Origin: Raillietiella orientalis
Taxonomy: Eukaryota
Direction: 5' to 3'
NCBI GenBank assembly: GCA_036172245.1
Contig: JAYWIR010000003.1
Span: 2,790,001-2,854,000 of the forward strand
Length of the DNA stretch: 64,000 bases
The translations under genes and the position numbers were made by a program. The notes under the pieces are model-generated. The model ran no database searches and was not told the origin of the DNA. It saw only the letters and a list, made by a program, of their open reading frames with translations. Below are positions 27,101 to 38,000 of this stretch, in pieces (within the stretch, counting starts at the first letter, position 1; each line of letters begins with the position of its first letter).

Positions 27101-28964
27101 TTCTGGATGTTCAGCTTCAGCAGCATGGAGCAGCGAATTGTTTGCCGTGCAGCTGCACTGCCACGTAGGATGACGTTATGTACACCGCTGAGTTCTTCAG
27201 TTGCGTCTTCTCCTAATTCTCCATCCTTCGTATCAATTCGCGGAAGGAGGCTGTTCCACTAGGTAAATTCCAAGGACTGGAACTTTTAGCAGTGGTGCTT
27301 TCCAACACGGTGCTTCTAAATCTGTTCTTTCCAGCAAGCCTCACTCCTTTAGTGCATGCTGGAAACTGGGCTCCAAAATAAACGGGAACCCCTAGAAACT
27401 GTCAGCTTGTGCGTTGGGAGGCTGAAAGGCGTGGCGCGGAGTTTCTGCTGCTGCTGTGTGAAGCAGCACAGACTCCTGGAAGCCATCTTCCGGAATAAGG
27501 GACCTTTCCACATGCAGACACGCTTGCACCGAGGCATCCCACCAGTCTGCTCCTACGTTGTCGCAGTGCGTCCTCAAGCTCCATGCCGGAGTTCGGACCC
27601 GAACCGACCGGCTAGCGTCGCGGGCGGGTGAAATGCTCGCGACCACATGTCCCTTTGAGTCCATTTCCCCGATCCGCCCCGTGTTTCTTTGTCTCTGGAT
27701 CCGTCTCTTATCCCCCCACCGCATCACGGGGCCATAACAAACACACGGAGCCACGGTCAACGCGCGCCACGGGTGACAGCAGCCTGGTTCTCGGATTGGC
27801 GAACGAGCTCTACATTTGAGCGCGCGTTCCATTTCCAGTGGATTCAAAGCCACCGGCACTGAAAATCCGTTCTGCTCCTTATCCGCCCCCTCCGGTATTC
27901 CAGCTGAATTCTTGTTGCCATAAAAAAGAGCTTCGCTCCTTTCCAGACAGGATTCTCACGTTTATAAAAAAAAAAAAAAAAAGAAAGCCGTTTCGATAGT
28001 CTTTCCGAGAATAGGCAAACTTTCTTTAAGCGCTTCTCACCACCGCCTCATAAAACAGAGGAGGAGCAGTTTGGAAGAAGAAAAAACCGGCCTCGGCAAA
28101 TCAGCTGACTTCGGTGTCAGAGTGCACGTATGCACTTGTAAATCAGTATCATCTTTCTCTCTCGGCTGCATTCTTCGTTCCTCAGTCTGAACTTGAACTT
28201 TTGGAAGTTTCGTTCTTTGCTGTGGTTTTCTTCCATGATGCAGTGCAGCGTGGAAGTCGGCGCCTTGCCCGGAGCCTCAAGGCATCGTGCGCGCGTCTTT
28301 TTGGATACACATGCTGGTAGCTTCGTGGGTCAAACATGACTCTGCACCTCAGGTCTAGAACGGTCGCAAGGAGTTTGAGAAAGTCCTCGCGTTTGCCGTG
28401 AATTCTGGAAAGCGAGGGGGGGGGTCTCAGAAGGCGCTCGAAGTCGAAATGGACCCGAGAGGAAAGCTCAATCGAAACTTTCGAGCGAAAGTTTCAGAAA
28501 CCATTGCAGACCGTGGCAGAGTCGCGAAGCCATTCGCTGAAAGTGCTCTTCTTCTCCGCTTCAGGGGCGTCGGAACTTCACCTCCCCAATGCGGGAACGC
28601 TCGTCTTCGATGGTTCCATGACGACGCGAGTCGGAAAAACGTGGAGAGAGCTCTTCAGAGCTGCGACACGGACGAAGACGGTCCTTCGAAACCTGGAGGA
28701 CTCTCAAAGAGCGACACTCGATACGCTCCAGCTAACCCGTGAAGCAACTAACAAGCGCAAGCAGTAATCTTCATTAACTGCCGCTGCAACTTTTATCTCC
28801 GAATTCTATCTCCTTTCGAAAGCATCGTCTACTTGTGTTGCAAGCAGTGGCCTTCATCTTCCAATGTGAAGGTCGATCCGGTCACTTTTATTCTCAAGGG
28901 AAACTTAAAAAAACTGCTGCTCTTCTGGGATGATCGGAATCAAAAAGGAGGACGCTGTTGCTTT

Positions 28965-29275
28965 CGTGTCGGTCTCTCCAGAATGAGCTTTGATCTGTCC
29001 GATGCACCACGATTTCGATCTCGTTCGGCGGGCGGTTTTCGGTTCCGTTTCCATGATTTCGATAGATCCGTCCGCTTTTCGCTCCACATCATCTGCCTCG
29101 AACGCTCGCCTGTGGTTCGCCGCTGCGGAGGAGGCAGGGATACGTCCCGAAGGAAGTCCAGAGATTGGCACGGAACCTCCCGTCTCCAGAGCGGGCGATT
29201 TCGCGTGGGTGTTCCGCTGGGAATTTCAGTCACACGGATGCGGCGGATGGACTCCCTGCGCAAACTCTGCTAAAT
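28965..29275 (+). repeat. Left arm of ~310-bp inverted repeat (partner 30920-31233)
   Basis: Manual alignment to the reverse complement of 30920-31233 gives a 97-nt identical run (29124-29220) and about 7 substitutions over the ~230-nt core. Both ends are more diverged and carry small indels. Near-identical spurious ORFs appear on opposite strands. Confidence 0.95.
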
Positions 29276-30919
29276 TGCTGACCAGCTCCCCCCACACATC
29301 GAGTTCACGCCATCGATTTTCTCATGCCAATGATGAGCAGCGTATCGGCTGTCCGGGACGTCGTATGCATGCGTCACAGTCAAGGGATCCAACAGCAATC
29401 CCTCAACGTTCCCGCTGATTGCTGTCACGCAGGAGTCCAGGAAGAATTCTCAGCCTCCTAACCTCGCTCCGCAAATGCCCCGTTCCTCCTCTCGAAGTTT
29501 TCATGCGGGTAATCGAAGCCACGGCGCTGAACCCCAGTTTCGCGTTCCGTGTAGCCCTAGGATGCCTTCCGAATCTTTCAGAAATTCGCCAATGGGAAAC
29601 AGGAAGAGTTCTCCTTGCTGAAGACCTCTCTGGAAACTTGTCCTGCCTTCTGCCATGTCGTCCTTCGTTCTCCGTCCTCAAGAAGAGCCCGGAGCAACCA
29701 TTTTCCCCGGTTCTCTTCCCCCAGTTCCTTCTTCGAACGGAGCGAATGAATCCCTGTTCTGGCGAGCGCCATCAGGATGGTGGAATCGACGGAAGGCAGC
29801 ATCCGTATTTTATCATGCATCGTGACACGATCTGCTGAGAATCTCACGGTGGCCATTACTACTTGCGTGCCTCTCTTTGCTTTCGCGATCTGGAAGATAT
29901 TTTCACCCTCCCAGTACGGAAGAGACCGGTCTTTCGAGGCCCTTGCGTTCCAGGAGTATCCCGGAACCATTTGCGATCTTGCAATCCATCAGCGTGCGCT
30001 TCGAGCACCGGAGTTTTGTACTCATTGGTTCATCCGCAGGGTCACTCCAGGACCAGAGCCATATTTTAATCAATTCCCCCCGTCCGCCTTTCTTCTTCGA
30101 GTCGCGCCGACCACCAATGAAAGTGTTTCCGCGGCAGCATCATTTCCGTTGTTGATGTGCCTTCATGTGCAAAAGTCCAGTTTACGCGATCCGTGCCTGA
30201 GAAAAAGGAAAACGGCGTAGGAGGAAATCGCAACAATGGGCGACTTTCCCAAAAGCCGGGACCTCCGTCCGTGCTCTCGAGCGGTGATTGGCCGCCTCCT
30301 CCGCACGGGAGAAAGCCAAGAGACCAGAGGCTTAAAAATGGCCGAATATTTTATTGTGCGCTGGACAATCTGCCTGATTTACGATCTCGGATGACTGGTC
30401 AGGTGAACGTTGAAAGAAACCCGGTGCCATTCTTCTGCGAATTCTTGCAGAACCAATAGCCGCATAATATACTGCTGTTTCCCATCGGAAGACTGAGGAT
30501 CCTTGGAGGAATCGGAGTGCTACAAAAGCACGGGGCGAGACTCTTTGTATGCGACCAATAGCATGTGGTTGTAAAATCAGAGGAGGAAAATTTCCAGCGA
30601 GCGGCCATCGGGAAGGATTTCGGAAGTCTCCTTATTTCCAAAACGAAAGCTGTTGGAATGATGGTCTTGTAAATGCTGGATTGGTCGAGGTGCAAACGCA
30701 AGACTCTAACGCTTTTCCCTTCTCAGTTAGCTACCATTCGGATCGCTTGCTTTGCCGTCCAGAAGAAAGGAGCGATGCAACTCCATCATCCCGACGTAGG
30801 TGAAGATTCGATCGCAGTTCGATCGGGGGGGGGGGGGAGAATCGAAACCACAGATGAGCCACACGGGTTTTTCCGGAAACCTGCGAGCGCTCCAGGTGCC
30901 GGAGGGATTTCTTTGGTGT

Positions 30920-31233
30920 ATTTACCATAGCTTGGGCAGATGGTCCATATGCCGCACGTGTGGCTGAAATTTCCAGCGGAACACCCACGCGAAATCGCCC
31001 GCTCTGGAGACGGGAGGTTCCGTGCCAATCTCTGGACTTCCTTCGGGACGTATCCCTGCCTCCTCCGCACCGGCGAACCACAGGCGAGCGTTCGAGGCAG
31101 ATGATGTGGAGCGAAAGGCGGACGGAGCTATCGAAACCATGGAAACGGAACCGAAAACCGTCCGCCGAACGAGATCGAAATCGTGGCACATCGGATGTCA
31201 CAGATCAAAGCTCGTTCTGGAGAAACCGACGCG
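30920..31233 (-). repeat. Right arm of ~310-bp inverted repeat (partner 28965-29275)
   Basis: Reverse complement of the 28965-29275 arm; spacer about 1.64 kb. Confidence 0.95.
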
Positions 31234-31544
31234 TTCGTATTTTTCCGGCATGACAGAAAACAAACCACCGTCCCGTGCAGGAAATCGCCTGCCTCGATCG
31301 TAGCAGCTGGGTCATACAGGTTCGTTGCGATGTCCGGTCGGAAAAAGATTTCATTGCCTTCATTGGAACGTTCGCAGTGCCACTCCCAGTTCGCACCCGC
31401 GCAAGCACGAGCTTTGGAATCACCAGAAAGAGTGTTCTCAGCAACAGTAGCATGAAACACCTCGCTGCTGCTAAGAGCATCTCTCTGGATTCGAACTTTG
31501 GAGATGGTCTGTCGCATCATACACTTGATCGCATCGGCCACTTC

Positions 31545-31734
31545 GACCTCAGCATAGCACTTTGTGCTCTGCAAAGCATGGCATCACTGCTAGCCGAGCA
31601 GCGTGGCACATTGTGCAGGGGTTCATGGCAGCAGCTGGAAACACCTCTCTGCTACCATGCATGCGCAATGTGCCACGCTGCCCAGTTAGCAATAATGCCA
31701 CGTTTTGCGGAGCACAAAGTGCTATGCTGAGGTC
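31545..31734. repeat. 190-nt near-perfect palindrome / long hairpin (MITE-like foldback or hairpin RNA)
   Basis: 31545-31617 is the reverse complement of 31662-31734: 73 bp, no gaps, outer 25 bp perfect, 9 differences that are all transitions. The inner stem 31624-31634/31649-31659 pairs 10/11, closing a 14-nt loop. Confidence 0.93.
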
Positions 31735-33399
31735 TCAGTGTCCACGTAAGATATGATAGACCATCTTCAAAGCTCGAATCTAAAATTTTATGATCGAGTC
31801 CATGGGAGCCTTTTTAGGGGATGCCTTGTAGCCGATTAGGCCACAGCCGTCAACCTGATTGGCATCAACTTCGACGATCCACGTGACCAAGGTTCCAAGG
31901 AAGACTTCGCTGACTCGTTTACTTGTTGTGGGTTCATTACGTCAGTTTGAGAAGCTATGGACGCCTACTTTCGTTCTGCGGAAGCGTTCGTGTTCAAAGC
32001 AAATGCGTGTTCTTGCGCTGACCTCAAACATCGCTTCTCCACCTCTCACTCTATTCTCTCAGTCCATCTTTCTATGAGCTTGGTTCTCGAACTCTTTGCA
32101 TGCAACAAGGGCTGCTCTCCATGCGAAAGATTCGCAGTTGGACCGAGTCAGAAGACGAACCACGTCTTTTGAGAAGCACCAATCTTCAAGCAGGCCAGAA
32201 GACTGGATCGGAAAGTTGGAAATCAACCAGTGTTTAGCCGAATTGTCGTCACGGCTGCCGAACAACCGAAAATCCAGAGGGGCAAGACTCGCAGCATTAA
32301 TACATGGGTTGTTTCGTCTTTTCTGGATCTCATCCTCTTCTTGGATGATAGTCATCTCCCGAAATCCCGAACCAAGTGCAGCGCACGGGTGTGCTCGAAA
32401 AGTTGCTGCTTTCGCGAGTTTCGTTTGTTTTCTTCAAGAACCCCTTTCGCAAGTGTGGCCACTCCTCTGAGGTTTTGCCTACCATCGGTGTGTGCATGAG
32501 ACCGAATCGCACAATCATCTTTGGGCAAGGGGCCATCCACAATCTAAGCATCATCCATTCCAAAGCGATGCAACTGAACGATCCAACCTTGGACCACGTG
32601 AGGTGAAGGATGTCTTGTAATGCAGAGATTAATGGATGGTGGCCGTGATGTGAATCAGTTAATTTCCGAGCTACTGTCAGCATCCACTTCATCTTCGGGA
32701 AAAGGAAGTCTCCAAGCTGGTTTTAGAGGGACCGCAGCTGAGAAAAGATCGTGAAGATTTTGCCGATCCTTTCTTGAAGAATAATTGGAAGATGTGAAGA
32801 GATGACGGCTTGCACCTATAAGAGTCGCACATGGAAAGAAAAATACGTGATGTGTCTTCTGATGAAGCAGTCAGAGCTTTGGCTGGAACTGTTGGCAAGA
32901 GGACGCGCAACATTCTTCTTTCTCGAAAATTCACAGAATCTCTGCTTCTTCAATTACTTTCGCACAATTCGGGAACACGAAACTCCCAACCATCTTCATC
33001 ATCAAAACATAAGCAGACACACTTCATCTGAAGGTTCCTTCATCTTGTCGCCATCCTGTGGCATGAATCTTTCCATCTCGTCGGAAGAACTGAGAAATTC
33101 GTGCGGTCATCGCTCACTTTCTGGCTGGAGAAACCGAACGAGTCCCCTTTACTTGGACCAAGGATCGGGGACGAAGCTTCGGTCCACCAGCAAGCGACCA
33201 TCGGCCCCAGGGCGGTGGCTGAGAGGCACCACCGCACTTGGAGAACCTTTTTTCCCAAGCCTTCATGCCAAGGGAGGGACCTCTTTGACGCACCCGCAGT
33301 CCGGATGGGAACGTCTCCCGCCATCCGGAAAAACTAGCAAAAGTGCCTGTCGCGTACGCGAAACTCCAGAAAGGAGAAGGCCAAAAGATTTGCTGCACG

Positions 33400-35435
33400 G
33401 AGGTTTCCTGATCAGCATCCGGCGTCTGTCGTGTGCAAGAAAAGCAGGTCGGGCCGCCTCGAAGGAGGGCGAATCGCATTACCGGTGGTAACAGACACTC
33501 CCATGACAAGCGTCCTCCGAGAGTCCCCTGCCGTTCCCGAGCTGGTCCACCCATCCTGCAAGGGAGATGTCGCAGAGGCGAAATGAGTTCCTCTGCCGAT
33601 GAGGGAGAGAGTTCGTCTTGGAACACGAAAATAGCTGGGGGAACGACCCGCGCCCGGGATCGCCCGTGGGCGCCACGAGGTCCGACTTCTCCGCTCCCGC
33701 GCGGATTCGCGGGTTTCATACGCCTCCCGCCCCCAACGCGCTTCGGCTCCCAAGCCGGCCATCCCCGAAGACAGGGGTTTTCTCGCGAGGAGTGGGTAGA
33801 GAAACACCACCTTCACCCAGAGATGTTCATGGTCGCCACATTGGCAGCCGCTCGCAGGGCAGAGCAGCCTCTGAAGCTGCTTCTCCCGATTTCGGATCTC
33901 TTCGAGCATCGAAAGAGCTCGTCCCACCAATGCCGCCCGCGCAGCAGCAAAACGCATCTTGAGTGGACCGAAAACATGGAAGCCTGGGGTCCAAGATATC
34001 GGTGCCCCACCCTTCTATAAATAATTGCTGTTTATTTCGACTGTTCAGTTCATCACGGCTTAGGGAGGATGCGTGGGGGACAGATGCGTGAGTTTTCCTC
34101 GCGAGCGTCCAGCATCCGGATGGACGGTGCCGCCACTTCCCCATTCGTTCGCTCTTTGATCTCAATCCCCAGCTCGTGGAAGGCCGCTCCCGTCGGCCGG
34201 GAGCAGTCGACTGTTGAGGAAACCACCTTTCCGTCTTGCGCACCCAGAGGTGCCGGGAGGCAGTCTCGTCTCCCAGCAACCGTCGGGAGGCCTCGGGAGA
34301 AGGTCACGTGCTGACCCCGAGGAAGAGAGCAGGCTCTTGGGAACTTGAAACCAGAACGCGCAGGAAGGATGGATGGTCCACCAGGCAGACGGGAGCTTTC
34401 GTCGTACCCCACAGACGGCGGAGGAGTTGGACGAGAATCTCCAGGACCTCAACGAGGGCAAGCCGCGCCCCCGTTTCTAGGGGCGGGATATGGTCAACTT
34501 GGCTCTTCCTTCGCGGAGCTTCGCCAGCAGCAGAAGAAACAGCGGCCCGCGCGCCGTGTGGCTCGCGGCTTCCACTCGCGGTCCAGAGGTCAGGAGAGCA
34601 GTGCCTTTTCCGTGCACCCGCCTCCTCCACGGGAGATGCAGCAGTAAAAAACAGCCTCGGGGACGTTAAGAGGATGTCGGTCAGAGCGTGCAGAGGGTTG
34701 GGAAGGGTGGGTGGGAGGAGAGGAGGGGTGCGCGCTTCAATCCCGCCGCAACTCAAGCTGCTCTGGCTGCTCCGTCCGGAAAGCGTCTCGTCGGGATTCT
34801 GGAGAGACGCCGTGCCTTCCAATCGCACCGCTGGCGCGCTGAGGTTCGAATTCTTCGCTCACGAAAGAAATTTGTGGCTCATCCTGGATCCGCACGCGTC
34901 CCACCTTCGCCGCGCTGCGGCCGCTCCGCCCCAAGGCGAATTTTTCTCGCGAAGAGGTGGGGAGGAGGGAGAGGATCGCGGTCACCTCCCCCCCCCCCTT
35001 CCTCGCTCCCGGGGTGCGCTGAGCTCCGCGTCCGACGCGGGTGAGCCGTGAGCCGCCACGGATCTCCATCCGAGACCTCGCGAGACGGAGGACCCAAGCC
35101 GACGTCTTCGCCCGCGGAAGAAGGGAGGGGGAGGGAGCGCGCGAGCCTCCCCGGCGGAGGGAGACTCGCACGCGCGGAGGAGCCGAAAAAAGTTCTCCTT
35201 CCTGGAAGGCAGCCATGTATTTGCTCTCGGAACGCTTTTTTGCCCGGCTCCGACTTGGAGGCATCTCCGCTCGGCACGCCCGATTGGCTGGCGTCCGGCT
35301 CTCGCCTTCGCGGCGAGCCAATCAACGGGGTCGCTTCCGGGGTGTATCGTCATGGCGAAGCCGAGCAGCGGCACGTCCCTCGGAGGAGAAATCTTTTTTA
35401 CGATGCCGCGGCGCATCCGTCGCGCGTTTCCATCC

Positions 35436-35523
<88 letters not shown>

Positions 35524-38000
35524 CTCCTCCTCTTCCTCCCCCACCCACCCATCCACCCTTCGTCTCCCTCCCCTTCCCATGGTATTTCCCAAACAAAAGC
35601 GATCCATCTTCACGGTTACCCGGGAAGAAAGCCATTGGCTCCCACGCATTCATTCATCCTCGCGCGCGATCGAACATTTGGCGGCGGCGGCGGCATCTCA
35701 GGCCGACCTGGAAGAACGCGCGCGCGCGCCCGTCCAACGACGCGCATGCGCGCGCGCGCGCCTTTCTCCTTTCACCCACCGAATCGGGAGCGTCTCAGCG
35801 CCAGCGACCGTTCCTCCGAGAGAAGCCAGGGATGGACTGGGGGGGGAGGGGAGAGAAGGAGGCTACGAAAATCTCGCCTCGTCCCTCCCGCCCACCCCTG
35901 CCTCAGTCTTCCCGCCCGAGAACTTGGATTTGCCGAGGTAGCCGTCGCCTGGGTAAATCCATCGGCAGCGGCTGGGAGTGATCGGCCGCTGGGTGTGACC
36001 GGCATTCCAACTGATGCGCCGGGTTCCTACAGAGCTCACCGAAGACCCGGTCGGCGTTCTCTGACGGCGGAAGGGGGGAAGCGGAAGTGCAACAACCAAA
36101 GAGCGGGAGAAGCAAGCTCGACGGATCGACCGCCGGGGCGCACGTGAGCGACCCGGGTCAGGGGCTCTCGGTCCGAAGAAGCAAGCCTCCGTGGGGCAGC
36201 AGGAACGTCCTCTGCAGGCCTTCGACTTCCCCCTTTCAGCCTACGTTTCCTCCTGAAGCCCTCTCGCCGTTTAAAGGTGGCGCTGGCTGCTGCTGCGCAC
36301 GAAGCAGGCCAAGGACGTCGGGGAAGAACGGCACGCGCTCCCGGCCGGTCGGTTCGGCGCTAGAGAGAGCCTGTAAGTCCCCTCCGGGAAACGAGAGGCG
36401 TGGACGGGAGTGAGCGCGTCCTACGCACGGGACCTGGAGGAGGAACGCAGCCTGCCAGCCAGCAGACGTGCGTCAATTGCGCCGTTCCAAACTCAGCGAA
36501 GTGAAGGGCGAATGGCCGCTTCGCTCTGATGCTCTCCCCCACTCCTCCTTCCGGTCGCTACGGCAACCTCTTTTTCCCCGGGCCGTTCTGCGCGTCCCCA
36601 TAGGGTGGAGAGAAATCCGGGCCGAAATGACTTTGGTGTCCCCGCACGCTCCTCCCCTGGTCGACCGTCCTGCTCCAGACGGATGGGGGCTTCCCATCCG
36701 GAATGCTCCTTCCATCTCCACCCCCTTACCCTCCACTCGAGTTCCTGTCCTCCGGGAGACTCTGAAATTTGCGAGATTCCCTGCTCCTTCCCGCAGACCT
36801 CAGCAGGACTCTCCCCAAGCGCCAGCCGGATGGAACCTCGGAACCCCTCATCCGGCCTTTTCCCTCTTCACAGGAACCTCCGGACGCTGAAAATCCTCTC
36901 CCTCCCTGAGTAAGAAAGACAGATCCGCTTCTTCGGCAAAGAGGAAAACCCGATCGGCACCGCTTCCCGTGGAGGGAATGTACGTGAGTCCCGACTCTTC
37001 CCCTCCTATCCTTCCGACCCGGCCGTGCGCAGTCTTTTCTCAACCACTCCCTGTTCCTCGAGCTCCCGGAATCCGCGCTCTTTCGAGGACACCGTCCCTG
37101 GTAGCGTTCCTCCTCCACGCTGCCCGTGGAGAGCCGAGCTCTCGCGCGCCTTTTTGCGGGGCCTCAAACGGGCGAAAGTTCTGGAATCCCCCCCATCCTC
37201 GGCAGGTTCCCACGGAGGGATCGAAGGGGAGACATTCGGAAGCCGTGAGAACGAGGCGGGCGAGCGAAAAGAGCCGCATGAGCGGTGGAGCGCGAGAAAT
37301 CCCGGGTCCTCCCGGGGGTCTTCCCGAAAGGCCCTGCCCTCCTCACAGCACATGGAGGAACCCACGTGGGAAGTGGAGGAAGGGAACGGGACGATGATTC
37401 TCGCAGGCCCACGGCGAGGGAAATGAGGGTTCTTGACTGCTCTTCCTCCTTTTCTGCCGCGAGGACCCCACTCGATCCCGGATAGTCCACGCCGAGCTCG
37501 GCAGGACCTTCAAGAATTCATCCGGACTGGACCGACCCGGTGGCGTGGAAGCCGACAGCGGCAACAGCTGCTCCTTCTCGAGCTCTGATTTCGCGCCGAG
37601 CAGCAGCGAAGTTGCCTTTGACCTCACCGACAGACCCCTTCTGCGACCCATCCTCGCCTCCTCCTGTCAGATGGCCCACTGCATTCCCCTGCGAACGACG
37701 CACTGCGCTTTATCTATTCGTTTATTTAGCCTCCTGGAAATCCCGCGGCACCCGGCAATCCGACCCCGCTGCTGCAAAAATTCGCTTCCCTGCCGACCGC
37801 TGTCCCCGTTGGACAAGCGAGGAGCCAGGAAGCAATCCAGAGATTATCCCTCTTTTCCATTCCTCATTCCCTCCGTGGGCGTGCGTTCGCCGCGAACCAC
37901 GGAGAGGCGTCGCCCGTGCCGGACCGAGCGATCCCGGAGTTTCCGACCACGCCTTCCCGGCTGCGATTCTGCGATCCCGCCAAGCACGCTGTGATGTGAA
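33400..38000. promoter_or_regulatory. GC/CpG-rich island; candidate promoter or Polycomb-response-element-like region
   Basis: Visibly GC- and CpG-richer than the flanks and centred on a GAGA tract. It has opposed CCAAT boxes (ATTGG 35283-35287, CCAAT 35318-35322), GCCAT motifs near 35212 and 35631, (CG)n runs at 35718-35760 and a CTCF-like AGGTGGCGC at 36275-36283. Function is inference and the boundaries are approximate. Confidence 0.5.
35441..35518. repeat. (CT)39 / (GA)39 microsatellite, followed by a pyrimidine-rich tract to ~35578
   Basis: Perfect dinucleotide run visible in the sequence. Confidence 0.98.

Noticed and set aside
27020..27145. Ankyrin-like peptide NSLLHAAEAEHPELVQ...VADALVKNG on the minus strand
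   Set aside because: Poor fit to the TPLH consensus, wrong repeat spacing and no supporting gene structure.
29145..29255. RNase P/MRP-like motif (GGAAGTCCAGAG ... TGGAC) in the repeat unit
   Set aside because: The spacing is too short and the other conserved regions are not evident; an Rfam scan would be needed.
28833..31303. Pairs of near-identical ORFs on opposite strands, suggesting duplicated genes
   Set aside because: Multiple frames are equally similar because of the DNA-level inverted repeat. Indels break the frames and no protein family is recognisable.
34835..34860. GGTTCGAAT T-loop/B-box-like motif
   Set aside because: No cloverleaf or A-box, so not a tRNA.
34982..36147. Long ORFs (223-368 aa) with ERER/SLSL runs
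   Set aside because: Artefacts of the (CT)n microsatellite and stop-poor GC-rich DNA; they overlap in several frames and show no domain.
37343..37651. ORF containing ELEKE, resembling homeodomain helix 1
   Set aside because: No helix 2/3 (WFQNRR) or N-arm; a chance match. No second homeobox was found by eye in the window.
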